Part shown: positions 8,917-17,701 of the stretch, in pieces
Layout: each line of letters opens with the position of its first letter
How positions within the stretch are numbered: position 1 is the stretch's first letter
Position numbers and translations under genes: made by a program
Notes under the pieces: generated by a model
Seen by the model: the letters and a program-made list of their open reading frames with translations, nothing else
What the model was told of the DNA's origin: nothing
Databases searched by the model: none
IMG/VR virus record: IMGVR_UViG_3300024433_000038
Span: 1-28,426 of that record
Reading direction: 5' to 3' (one strand)
Origin: a virus
Lineage: Duplodnaviria > Caudoviricetes
DNA: 28,426 bases

Positions 8917-9437
8917 CTATCTCCTCATACTCTTTTTCTGCTTTCTTTCAGATTCTACACCTCTACCTTCCATTATGCTTCTAAATGCTTCAACTTCATT
9001 AAATTCCATAGACCTTACTTCACTAGGCGTAAACCCGAAATTATCAGCCATAATGAAGTAATTTATCATTTCACTCACTTCGGGGTTTCCTGCTGTGCTG
9101 AATCCTCTCCCTGCGTTATAGTATTGCTTTTTTTTTCATTGTCTTTTTCATAAAAGCTATCTATAACTTTGGCTAGGTATTCACCATGTTCAGATTCCAT
9201 ATCTTCCTTAAATCCATCTGGACAGATTAATATAGAATTTAGAACCAATAACTCCCTAAGTTTGATAGAATCAACTTTATATTCTATTTTCTTTCCTATC
9301 ATCTCTGCTTTTGTACATTGCTGTATTGATTCGTTGTACTTACCCCATTTCAATTTTCTAAGTACAATCTTTTCAATCTTCCCTCTATATTCCACTTCGA
9401 TTTCTTTTATATATTTATTTTCCCATTCTTCAGACAT
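8917..9437 (-). CDS. tail assembly chaperone, -1 frameshift fusion (gpGT analogue, about 173 aa)
   Basis: A9 run at 9128-9136 (GAA AAA AAA AGC). The -1 frame reads KQYYNAGRG...ADNFGFTPSEVRSME...KKSMRR to TAG 8917-8919, 2 nt before the TMP ATG. Confidence 0.8.
9075..9437 (-). CDS. tail assembly chaperone (gpG analogue)
   Basis: Lies between tail tube and TMP. ATG 9437 (MSEEWENK) follows GGAGTG; the track start 9452 overlaps that RBS. Confidence 0.8.
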   Translation of the reverse strand: MSEEWENKYIKEIEVEYRGKIEKIVLRKLKWGKYNESIQQCTKAEMIGKKIEYKVDSIKLRELLVLNSILICPDGFKEDMESEHGEYLAKVIDSFYEKDNEKKSNTITQGEDSAQQETPK

Positions 9438-9452
9438 ACAAACACACTCCAT

Positions 9453-9493
9453 ATTATTTTATAAAATAAAAAAAATAAAAAATAAAAACAACC
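9453..9493 (-). terminator. long oligo-T tract after the tail tube gene
   Basis: The minus strand reads GGTTGTTTTTATTTTTTATTTTTTTTATTTT, like an archaeal T-tract terminator/attenuator after a highly expressed gene. Confidence 0.55.
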
Positions 9494-10489
9494 TCAGAGG
9501 GCTGTTGCGAAATTATTTATCACAGTTGCACTGGTCAATTTCCTTAACTTCATGGTTATGCTTTCAACAGTCAAGTCATTGTCAGGGCTGCTTCTTCCAT
9601 ATTCTTCAATCTTTGCATTTGTGAAAGTAAATTGCATTCCTCTCTTGCTTGTTGTTGCTGCTCCATTATCGAAGATTAACTGAACACTTGCCTGTTCTGC
9701 AACATTATCCTGTGGTGAACGCCCAGAACCCAAGAAATAAGCCAACATTGTAGTTGTTTCAAATGCAACATCAGCGGTTAATTCATATTCTACCCCACCA
9801 TGTACTGCATCAACTGCTGTTCTTGTTCCGTTTTCTCTCACCATTTTGGTATTTCTTGTAAATCTCAATTCCATGTTTTGTACTTTACCAATGGCTGTAC
9901 CATCAGGTAATTCCAATGAGGAATGTGCAAAGTAAAATGGTGTATCTGTTTGGTTGTCGTATAATATAGTTGTACTTGTTTCTAATGCATCAACCATACT
10001 TTCCATGTTTGAATAAGCTATATCAAGGCTGACTTCAACCATTCCATCAACAGCACTTCTAAGAGTTGCACCATTCAAAACACAACCAAGTAAATATTCA
10101 GTTGTATCTGTTGCAATATCATAACCACGTTCAATAGTAAATGATTGTTTTGTCTTTGAAATTGGTTTCTGTACTGACCCTGTTCTGGTTTCAATATAAT
10201 TATGATTATATGGCCCTGAACCTGTAACTGTTGATGTTGTACCTGTCAAAGCTCTAATCCATGAACCAGTACCAGCTTGAAAATCTACTGTGCAAGTACC
10301 TTCAAATTGTTTAACTTGCAGACTGCCAGCTTCTATATTACCCAAATCGTACACAGCTTCTAGATTATTTCTCCTAGTGTCAGTCAATCTGACTTTGTGA
10401 CCAAAAGGAATATTTATTGTTGAAGCAGTTGTACCAAAGGTCGTTTCCCATCCAAATATCGCGTATTCATGTATCTGACTAATTACCAT
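9494..10489 (-). CDS. major tail tube protein
   Basis: 331 aa, Thr-rich. FGWETTFGT N-terminal motif and SFTIERG...YLLGCVLN pattern of siphovirus tube proteins; upstream of chaperone and TMP. Confidence 0.85.
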   Translation of the reverse strand: MVISQIHEYAIFGWETTFGTTASTINIPFGHKVRLTDTRRNNLEAVYDLGNIEAGSLQVKQFEGTCTVDFQAGTGSWIRALTGTTSTVTGSGPYNHNYIETRTGSVQKPISKTKQSFTIERGYDIATDTTEYLLGCVLNGATLRSAVDGMVEVSLDIAYSNMESMVDALETSTTILYDNQTDTPFYFAHSSLELPDGTAIGKVQNMELRFTRNTKMVRENGTRTAVDAVHGGVEYELTADVAFETTTMLAYFLGSGRSPQDNVAEQASVQLIFDNGAATTSKRGMQFTFTNAKIEEYGRSSPDNDLTVESITMKLRKLTSATVINNFATAL

Positions 10490-10490
10490 A

Positions 10491-10706
10491 TTATCTCACC
10501 TTTTTTTGCTTTATTTGTTCTTTGTTTTGCAAATTCACTAATGCTTCCAAGACTATTGGCTTGAATTTGTAAAAATCATGTGCATGATGCACGTTCCCCA
10601 TCTTTCTGCATAAATCAGGGTTACTTTCTTTCAATTTTTCTATAATTTTAACCTTCCATCCGTAAAAGTCCGCATAACTTTCCATATTTTGTAGTTTTTC
10701 TAACAT
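10491..10706 (-). CDS. hypothetical protein
   Basis: 71-aa ORF with AGGTGA RBS, tightly packed in the operon. Confidence 0.7.
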   Translation of the reverse strand: MLEKLQNMESYADFYGWKVKIIEKLKESNPDLCRKMGNVHHAHDFYKFKPIVLEALVNLQNKEQIKQKKVR

Positions 10707-10717
10707 AGTTAATCACC

Positions 10718-11179
10718 TTAGTATGGTACATTATAATCTCTCAATTCAACTTCCAATCTGTATTTTGCAAAGTTGTTTGTAATATTACATTCATTTGAAC
10801 CGCCACGTATGAGTATTTGGTCATATGTAGTTGTTGGTTTTTCACTTGCTCTCATTAATCTCTGACATTCTTGGATTAATTTCCTTCCATGTACATAAAC
10901 ATCAACACTAGCAGAAGAAGCTCTAGTTAATGCATGGATATTAACTCTAACACTTGTTGATACTCCGCCACCATATAATTGTAAAGGTTTTGAAACAAAT
11001 GAGTTTTGTATCTCTTTTACATAAATAATATCCCCCCCATTCTTGAAAGTTCTTGAGCATCTCTCTCTTGCACGAACATCATAACCAACTTCTATTTTAG
11101 GGGTTACACTATCAGTATTTGAAGCTGTCCACCCAGCAGTAATAAGATTCTCGACAAAGTCGGCTGCATCACTGTCCAT
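10718..11179 (-). CDS. tail completion / terminator protein
   Basis: About 153 aa between adaptor and tube, with VRVNIHA and YRLEVEL beta-strand patterns. ATG 11179 after GAGGG preferred over TTG 11185. Confidence 0.6.
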   Translation of the reverse strand: MDSDAADFVENLITAGWTASNTDSVTPKIEVGYDVRARERCSRTFKNGGDIIYVKEIQNSFVSKPLQLYGGGVSTSVRVNIHALTRASSASVDVYVHGRKLIQECQRLMRASEKPTTTYDQILIRGGSNECNITNNFAKYRLEVELRDYNVPY

Positions 11180-11181
11180 AT

Positions 11182-11391
11182 TCAACCCTCAAAGGTTACT
11201 TTATGTTCAGAGTTCTCGACTGTGTCAGGTTTCTTTTCTTTTAAACCAGTTAATTCTCTCAATGCACCGTTAATTTCTAAAAGCCGTTTATTAAATTTAT
11301 TGGCTTTCTCGTGCATGTTCTTGAGTTCCTGCTGGATTTCTTCCCCTTCTTTCATAAGGTCTGCTAATCTTTTTTCTACTTTTTCATACAT
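11182..11391 (-). CDS. small coiled-coil protein
   Basis: 69 aa with a heptad pattern ending LLEINGALREL; AGGTGA RBS. Confidence 0.7.
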   Translation of the reverse strand: MYEKVEKRLADLMKEGEEIQQELKNMHEKANKFNKRLLEINGALRELTGLKEKKPDTVENSEHKVTFEG

Positions 11392-11397
11392 ACAAAC

Positions 11398-12288
11398 TCA
11401 CCTATACAAATGTAAATCCGTTGGTTGTTTCACAACAACTGGTTTTACATATTTTGCTAATAATTTTTTAGCATCCCGTCGTAATATATCATGCTTTTGT
11501 TGGGTACTTATCTTTTCTGCTCCTTCTGGAATTAATACTGTTGCATCTTCAAATTCTAGTATTTGTGCAGCAGTAAGCATGGTTGTCGCCCTTTCAATAT
11601 CTTCTGGAACATGATAAACAGTTGTACCGCTGACATGAATAGTTGCAGTAGTTCCATCTATCCCTCTAACACAATTAAAGAGTGAAGCAGAAGTTTTAGT
11701 TTCATAAAAGAAATATTCAGTTCCCAATCTTGCTGTTCCTGAGTATGGGAATTTAAGAGTATCATAAACTGAAGCTGTTGCTGTGGCTGTTGCAAATGAA
11801 GCACTCAGAGTAGTTGTTCCACCTGAGTTGTAACGATAGATTATTCTCACTTTGTATGGTCTTACTAATGTATCATTTCTTACAAACAATATACCCTTTA
11901 TGTAATCAAACCAATAATCATCATTTCTTCCTTCTGTTTTGGTCTGTATCCAATCATCATAACTTAAACCATTCCAAAACTCTAATATATCTCCTTTTGT
12001 TGAATCAAGAGGTTCTATGCTTGAATGTTCTAATTTAAATAATAATCCTGTTGAGTAATATTTAATATAAGCACTATCAAGATATTCATAATCTGGGGTT
12101 TGCTGTTCTTTCCAAGTATTTCTTGTAAATCTGTTTACTTCTGCTTCTGCACGTCGTATATATTGTTCCACTGTTTTCTTTGTTGGTTCTGTTGCATCAC
12201 TGAAAGTAGTTGCACCGCTAACACTCAGATTCATAAACTCTGCAACTTTCTCGCTTGATGTATAAAATGTTGTTTGTGTTGTTGTCAT
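11398..12288 (-). CDS. head-tail adaptor (SPP1 gp15 / HK97 gp6-like) with inserted beta domains
   Basis: N-terminal YTSSEKV...VEQYIRRAEAEVNRFT and C-terminal VPEDIERATTML helices; precedes the tail genes. Confidence 0.75.
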   Translation of the reverse strand: MTTTQTTFYTSSEKVAEFMNLSVSGATTFSDATEPTKKTVEQYIRRAEAEVNRFTRNTWKEQQTPDYEYLDSAYIKYYSTGLLFKLEHSSIEPLDSTKGDILEFWNGLSYDDWIQTKTEGRNDDYWFDYIKGILFVRNDTLVRPYKVRIIYRYNSGGTTTLSASFATATATASVYDTLKFPYSGTARLGTEYFFYETKTSASLFNCVRGIDGTTATIHVSGTTVYHVPEDIERATTMLTAAQILEFEDATVLIPEGAEKISTQQKHDILRRDAKKLLAKYVKPVVVKQPTDLHLYR

Positions 12289-12569
12289 TATATTACCCCT
12301 GCAACCTTACCTAATCCTCCACCAACTGCTCCTCCACCTAATATAATCATCATTATCTTGATTATCAAATCTACCTTATCTCTCAATTTACTAATCTTGT
12401 CTTCTGCTCTGTCTGCTTTGGTATGTGCAATATCAGCACTTTTCTGGGAGTTTTTTACTTGTTCTGTGAGGGTGGCTATATTTACTTTTATATCACTAAC
12501 ATCCTCTTGTATTTTATCCATCTTTGCAACCAATTCTCTGCTCATTTCTCGGATTAATTGTTCGCTCAT
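12288..12569 (-). CDS. coiled-coil protein with C-terminal TM helix (XhlA/holin-like)
   Basis: About 65-aa coiled coil followed by LIIKIMMIILGGGAVGGGLG; overlaps both neighbours (ATGA and TAATG). Confidence 0.65.
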   Translation of the reverse strand: MSEQLIREMSRELVAKMDKIQEDVSDIKVNIATLTEQVKNSQKSADIAHTKADRAEDKISKLRDKVDLIIKIMMIILGGGAVGGGLGKVAGVI

Positions 12570-15500
12570 CGTCTCCCCCTCCTCCGAGCTTTGATATATC
12601 TGTAATATGTGTATGCTCCAACTCCAAATGCAAGTGTAGTCATTGCTATTAATGTTAATCTAGAACCTGCAAAACCAACTGTAAAAATATCACTAAAACC
12701 TATATTACATAAATTAGCACTATCACATACGCCAACACCTATAATATACTCCCCATTAGTTGCGTTTCCAGTATCCCAGATATATTCAGTTGTTATATTG
12801 TTGTTTGCGGTTATTACCTGCTTAAAAGTACCGTTTGGATAGAATAAACTAACATTATAGATAACTATTCCATTACCTATTGGAGAAATTGAAGCTGTCC
12901 AGTTTATTACTGTTGAATTTGAACTATATGTTGATGTATTTGGATGAAAAACAAACGGAGCAGTTGGAGGAAAGTTTGTTACATTTAAACTATCATTCCT
13001 TGTTGTTGAAAACTGCATATAGGTATTATCTGAACTGTTTGCAGAAACATAGTAAAATAGTGTTTCATTGCCATTGTATTGATTTATGTGCATATCAACT
13101 GTACCAGCAAAGTTTGTATATGTACTTCCAGCGTTGGTTGAATAAACTACTGTGTTGGCTCTTGAAACGTTAGGAATATAATAAACACTCCAGTTCTTGT
13201 CATTCGTACCTTTTATCCCAATGTAGGATAACTCTGTAACATACACACCGTTAAGCGTGTTGTCAGTTAAATTAATCCCTAATGGTATTACATGGTAATT
13301 TGACTGGTTGTTTGTATAGTTGTATGAATCAGTTGCCAATATAGAACCTATCTTAGCACTTACATTTGAAGAATTGTAATAATAAATTCCTAAAACATTT
13401 GCTGTTGTATTTGTGGCATTAGTTGATATTTTTAACAAGGTAATATTTTTAGTATTTGAAATATTATAAAACATCACTTTTACATAATCGTTTGTACTGT
13501 TAAGGTTGTAAGAATAATGGATACTGTTTTTCATTTCTGTTTGATTGTAGTTGTAAGTTGCTGGATATATCTCATTATTTTCAAATGTCCATGTCCAGTT
13601 TTCCAATGTTCCGTTTAAACCGTTTTTAATCTCCCATCCTGAAGTAGTTGTTCCGTTTAGGTGATAGAAAACATCAGAAGCAGAAGTATTTGTTTTGTAG
13701 TATAAAACAGTTGTTGATGTATTTACACCAGCACTGATATTATAAGAAATATTGACTTGTTGATTCATTGCATTAAATTCTGTTATGTCAGTTGGTTCTT
13801 GTTTGCTGAATGTGATTGAAATATTATTGAAATCTTTACTCACATTCTGTACAAATGCAGTAAATTCGGTGTCATTTGATGAATTAAATAATAATCTGTA
13901 ATCCATGTACATTCCATTTGGCATTGAACTATTTACTGTTGCTGCACCTGTTTGTAAATTAGGAGGTGAGGCATCATACCAATCTGAATATGTTGCATTA
14001 TCCATAGAAGAACGTGTTTGAATACCTATTTTTGAACCAGTATCCCTATAAATTTGCAATATTTCTGCATTTGTTAAGGAACGATTAAAATACATTACTT
14101 CATCTACTTTTCCTCTATAAAATCTACTTTGTCCATCTCCACCAATACCAAATGCAATTGTTTGGTCAAGTACATCAGAAATTGGACCTATTGTATTTTC
14201 TGCAACTAATTCTCCGTTTTTATACAATCTTGCTATTCCATCAGTGGTAGTATCAATACTTCCACACCAATGAATCCAAACTTGGTTATCTGGGTCTTCA
14301 TCATCAAAACTAATTGAAGCTGTTGCAGGTGCAAATGATTCATTTCTGAAATTAATACCAAAGATATTGGTACTTTCTGTAAATATAAAACCAATAACAC
14401 TACCACCAACAGAACCAAAAACTTTTCTAGCTGTTACTCCGCCATCACTAGGATTATTTTCAAATTTAGTCCATATACACATAGTATTTGCTGTTTCACT
14501 TACAACAAACAGATTTCCCAAACTAATCCAATTTGCACTATTTGTTCCGCCAAATCTATAACTTCCATTAAAACCTTCAGAGGTATAAATTGGATTATTG
14601 TATGCTGTTCCATCTTTTTGGCTGTTTAAATCCTCAGTAGTATTATCTAATGTCCACCAATACAATAAATCTGGAATTGTTGTATTATCCCTATTTATTT
14701 GTGTGTCATTATCAAAACAACCATCAAGAGTAATATTTACATAAGTTGCATTGTAACCAGCAAAATTAATTCCTTGTGTTCTTGTAAAGTTACCAACCTC
14801 AAAATATGAAGGTATATAATCAAACCTTGCTTTGCTTCCGTTATATATCTGCAAAACTTCTTCAGCTGTCATTGTGCGATTAAAAATAACAATATCATCT
14901 AAAGTACCATTAAAAAATGCTCCAGATTCATCATATCGTTTACCTAAAAAAAGTGCACCTGCTGAACTTATATCATTTCCTAAACCACTTAAATTGCCAG
15001 CTAAACTAGATGCAACAGAACTACCATTCACATAGATTGTTATATTTTTATCTCTATCAACAGAAAATACTATATGATTCCAATCTTGTGTTTTAATAGC
15101 ATTATTTGCAGTGATAATGTAATCATCTGCAGCACCCTGTCTAGTGAAAAATCGCGGTTTACCACTACTAAAATCAATAAACCAACCTCCTCTAGGTGAG
15201 CTTATAAAATTACCTAATACTCTTTCATTCGCAGTTGCCTTATTAAATTGTATCCAAAAACTAACTGCAAAATCTTTATTTGTACCAAAATCTAATGTAG
15301 TATCTGATAAAGTATAATAATCATCATTCCCATCGAATTCATAAGCTCCTAAATACTTTCCACCAGTTACATTCCAAGCTGGTCTTATATACCCATTTAA
15401 CAGACCATTTCTTGACATGTTTTTTTCTGAAGTAAAATAACCATCTGTTTCATTCAGTGGAAACCAGCCTGCTAATTGTGGGGTATCTTCAGGACATTTT

Positions 15501-16768
15501 GGAACATAACCAAGAGTTGAATTTGCTTTTATTATTTCTGTTTGGTTTACTGTGCAGTTATACAAAATAACCTCATCAATAGTGCCATTGAAATCGAATA
15601 AACCATCAAAACTTGTTCCAATTCGTACATCATTTCCTGTAATTGCTATACTTGTAACATTAGTATCTACATAATTAGTACCATTTATGTAGCACAATAA
15701 ACGTGAACCGTTGAAAGTAGCTGTAACATGATACCATTGTCCAACTGTCGGAGTAAACCCTGTATCTGAATTAGCCCCCCAGAAACCGCATGCGAATTTA
15801 TTATTCGAACCGACTGCAATATACAATGATTGTTTTGCTACCTGTGTTCCAGCAGTAACTATAAATTGATATGCAGATTTTAAGCTCGCTGGTTTTGTCC
15901 ATGCCATCACTGTGAAATTACCGCTTTCTGTAATGTTGTACTGAGAAGCATTCACATAATCATTTGCCCCATCAAATCTCAAACCATTTCCATGTTTTGC
16001 CGTTACCCATGCCTCATGACCATCTTTTATTATTGCAGTATGATAAACGTCTAATAATGCAGTCTGTTGATAGCCAGAAAGGTCAGTAAAATGATTTTCT
16101 GTGATATTATAATCTGCTTTTATTATTGCTACTGCATCTCTTTTCAACCTCACATAATTGTTAGTAGAATCCCATGTTGTATTTAAATAAGTACCGTCTA
16201 GTTCTGAGGTAAAAACATCAGTAATTGTTGGGTCTAAATCTGTTGCGTTCCAAACTTCAAAATCAACATTTTTATCATCATACCTAGATATTTTAAAACT
16301 TGCATTTGGATTCTTAGGTCTCATATCTGAAAAATCTGTCAATACATAATGAGTTATTTTATATCTTTTATCGTCGAAAACACCATATGAAATATCTTCA
16401 ACATATCTAACTTTGAAAGTATCTACAATCTCAAGCTGTTTGTCTGCGGTTATTTCAAATTTAACATATGATATATCTGTGGTATTTGGAACAACATAAG
16501 CAAATGTTACTCCGTTACCAAATTCTAAATTCTTTGTACTTACAAGACTATTACTACTATTCACATAAAGTAACTGATAATCACTTATCGCCTTGCCTTT
16601 TGAATCTACAAGACCTATGTCCATTCCTAAATTATTTTTATTGAATGAAACGTAATTGTCAGACTTTGTAAAGTTATAGTCTGCAACTGGTATCTTATTA
16701 ATAATTTCAAGGTCTGCTGCTGCCGTAAAGGCCATGAGAATTAACAACAGACAGACAAACTTTCTCAT
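12566..16768 (-). CDS. secreted, membrane-anchored LamG/concanavalin A-like surface glycoprotein (1400 aa)
   Basis: Signal peptide MRKFVCLLLILMAFTAAA. Three LamG domains (GLRFDGANDYV...FNGTIDEVILYN; AYEFDGNDDY...FNGTLDDIVIFNR; SYRFGG...YRGKVDEVMYFNRS). FN3/Ig-like domain near the C-terminus, TM helix LTLIAMTTLAFGVGAYTYY and basic tail KARRRGRR. Very dense N-x-S/T sequons. Confidence 0.9.
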   Translation of the reverse strand: MRKFVCLLLILMAFTAAADLEIINKIPVADYNFTKSDNYVSFNKNNLGMDIGLVDSKGKAISDYQLLYVNSSNSLVSTKNLEFGNGVTFAYVVPNTTDISYVKFEITADKQLEIVDTFKVRYVEDISYGVFDDKRYKITHYVLTDFSDMRPKNPNASFKISRYDDKNVDFEVWNATDLDPTITDVFTSELDGTYLNTTWDSTNNYVRLKRDAVAIIKADYNITENHFTDLSGYQQTALLDVYHTAIIKDGHEAWVTAKHGNGLRFDGANDYVNASQYNITESGNFTVMAWTKPASLKSAYQFIVTAGTQVAKQSLYIAVGSNNKFACGFWGANSDTGFTPTVGQWYHVTATFNGSRLLCYINGTNYVDTNVTSIAITGNDVRIGTSFDGLFDFNGTIDEVILYNCTVNQTEIIKANSTLGYVPKCPEDTPQLAGWFPLNETDGYFTSEKNMSRNGLLNGYIRPAWNVTGGKYLGAYEFDGNDDYYTLSDTTLDFGTNKDFAVSFWIQFNKATANERVLGNFISSPRGGWFIDFSSGKPRFFTRQGAADDYIITANNAIKTQDWNHIVFSVDRDKNITIYVNGSSVASSLAGNLSGLGNDISSAGALFLGKRYDESGAFFNGTLDDIVIFNRTMTAEEVLQIYNGSKARFDYIPSYFEVGNFTRTQGINFAGYNATYVNITLDGCFDNDTQINRDNTTIPDLLYWWTLDNTTEDLNSQKDGTAYNNPIYTSEGFNGSYRFGGTNSANWISLGNLFVVSETANTMCIWTKFENNPSDGGVTARKVFGSVGGSVIGFIFTESTNIFGINFRNESFAPATASISFDDEDPDNQVWIHWCGSIDTTTDGIARLYKNGELVAENTIGPISDVLDQTIAFGIGGDGQSRFYRGKVDEVMYFNRSLTNAEILQIYRDTGSKIGIQTRSSMDNATYSDWYDASPPNLQTGAATVNSSMPNGMYMDYRLLFNSSNDTEFTAFVQNVSKDFNNISITFSKQEPTDITEFNAMNQQVNISYNISAGVNTSTTVLYYKTNTSASDVFYHLNGTTTSGWEIKNGLNGTLENWTWTFENNEIYPATYNYNQTEMKNSIHYSYNLNSTNDYVKVMFYNISNTKNITLLKISTNATNTTANVLGIYYYNSSNVSAKIGSILATDSYNYTNNQSNYHVIPLGINLTDNTLNGVYVTELSYIGIKGTNDKNWSVYYIPNVSRANTVVYSTNAGSTYTNFAGTVDMHINQYNGNETLFYYVSANSSDNTYMQFSTTRNDSLNVTNFPPTAPFVFHPNTSTYSSNSTVINWTASISPIGNGIVIYNVSLFYPNGTFKQVITANNNITTEYIWDTGNATNGEYIIGVGVCDSANLCNIGFSDIFTVGFAGSRLTLIAMTTLAFGVGAYTYYRYIKARRRGRR

Positions 16769-16774
16769 GTTTTA

Positions 16775-17299
16775 TCAACCCGTACTTGGTGTGTAATATA
16801 ATAGTTTTACATCTAAATTAAATGTAACTGCTGCATCTGCTGAAGCAATCATAATAGATGCTGTACTCCAATTATTTGCTGTTGGTATTCTAACTCTGCT
16901 CTGTTGGAAAAGCATAAATTCATCTACCAAATTACCAGCGTCTGGTGTACTTCCATCTGCAATACTATCACGATAAACTCTTACTAATGTTGCTGAACCT
17001 GTACCTGTTGGGTCAGCATAATTATTTTTGAAAACAACCAATTCAGAATATCCTATCTTATTTGTTCCATCTCTTATTGCTCCTGCTGTTCCAGAATTAA
17101 CATCAATTCCATAAACTTTGTCAGCAGTGGTACACGTTACTTTTGTACCTATATTAGATGGTCTTAGCTGTTCTCCGTCGTAAGTTTCATCTGCACTTAC
17201 TGGACTTACTGCTAAAACAGTAGAACTACCTAGCATTTGGAATTTGTATTTCTCTCTTGAAGAACGGTCTTCTGGTATTCTTGTTCCGAAATTTGCCAT
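16775..17299 (-). CDS. hypothetical virion structural protein
   Basis: 174 aa, beta-rich; GAGGT RBS; lies in the head module. Confidence 0.7.
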   Translation of the reverse strand: MANFGTRIPEDRSSREKYKFQMLGSSTVLAVSPVSADETYDGEQLRPSNIGTKVTCTTADKVYGIDVNSGTAGAIRDGTNKIGYSELVVFKNNYADPTGTGSATLVRVYRDSIADGSTPDAGNLVDEFMLFQQSRVRIPTANNWSTASIMIASADAAVTFNLDVKLLYYTPSTG

Positions 17300-17324
17300 A
17301 TTTATTACCTCTTTTTTTGTTATT

Positions 17325-17357
17325 GTATCGGTCTTCTGTTAGGTACAGACGACCTAC
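17325..17357. other. intergenic stem-loop
   Basis: GTA(TC)GGTC-T-TCTGT / loop TAGGT / ACAGA-C-GACC-TAC, in a 95-bp gap. On the minus strand it follows a T-rich tract (17376-17393). Confidence 0.45.
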
Positions 17358-17394
17358 TTAACCCAAAATAATGGGAAAAATAAAGAAAGAAAAT

Positions 17395-17691
17395 CTAGAA
17401 TGTACCAATCGCAAAGATAGTACCGCTAGTCAATGGAGTTGTGTCAGTCTTAATGTACAAAGTTCCTGAAGTTGTAGGATACAATGTATTTGTTATAACT
17501 GATGCTGTGCTACCTGTACGCCCTACTACAGTAGCAGTTGTATCTTGGACTACTGCAAAGAGGACATGCTTAAACGGAGTTGTTATTACAACATCTTCCG
17601 TTGCTGCTGCTGCCGACCATGCTTTGGTTATCCAATATACACTACCCATTGTTTCAAAACTATGTTCAGGTAATACGTTATATTCAGTCAT
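17395..17691 (-). CDS. putative capsid decoration protein (paralogue of 17702..18013)
   Basis: 98 aa, Thr-rich beta protein; TTPFKHVLFAVVQ...GTIFAIGT; GAGGTG RBS. Confidence 0.6.
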   Translation of the reverse strand: MTEYNVLPEHSFETMGSVYWITKAWSAAAATEDVVITTPFKHVLFAVVQDTTATVVGRTGSTASVITNTLYPTTSGTLYIKTDTTPLTSGTIFAIGTF

Positions 17692-17701
17692 GTATTACAC
17701 C

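Noticed and set aside
14060-15995. LamG protein as an ordinary tail fibre
   Set aside because: The signal peptide, C-terminal TM anchor, dense sequons and position in the head region do not fit a cytoplasmically assembled fibre, and separate tail-tip/fibre genes exist at 3474-6640.
17300-17394. tRNA or known ncRNA in the intergenic hairpins (also 24885-24960 and 27087-27187)
   Set aside because: No cloverleaf or T-loop (GTTCRA) pattern and no recognisable family; kept only as generic stem-loops.
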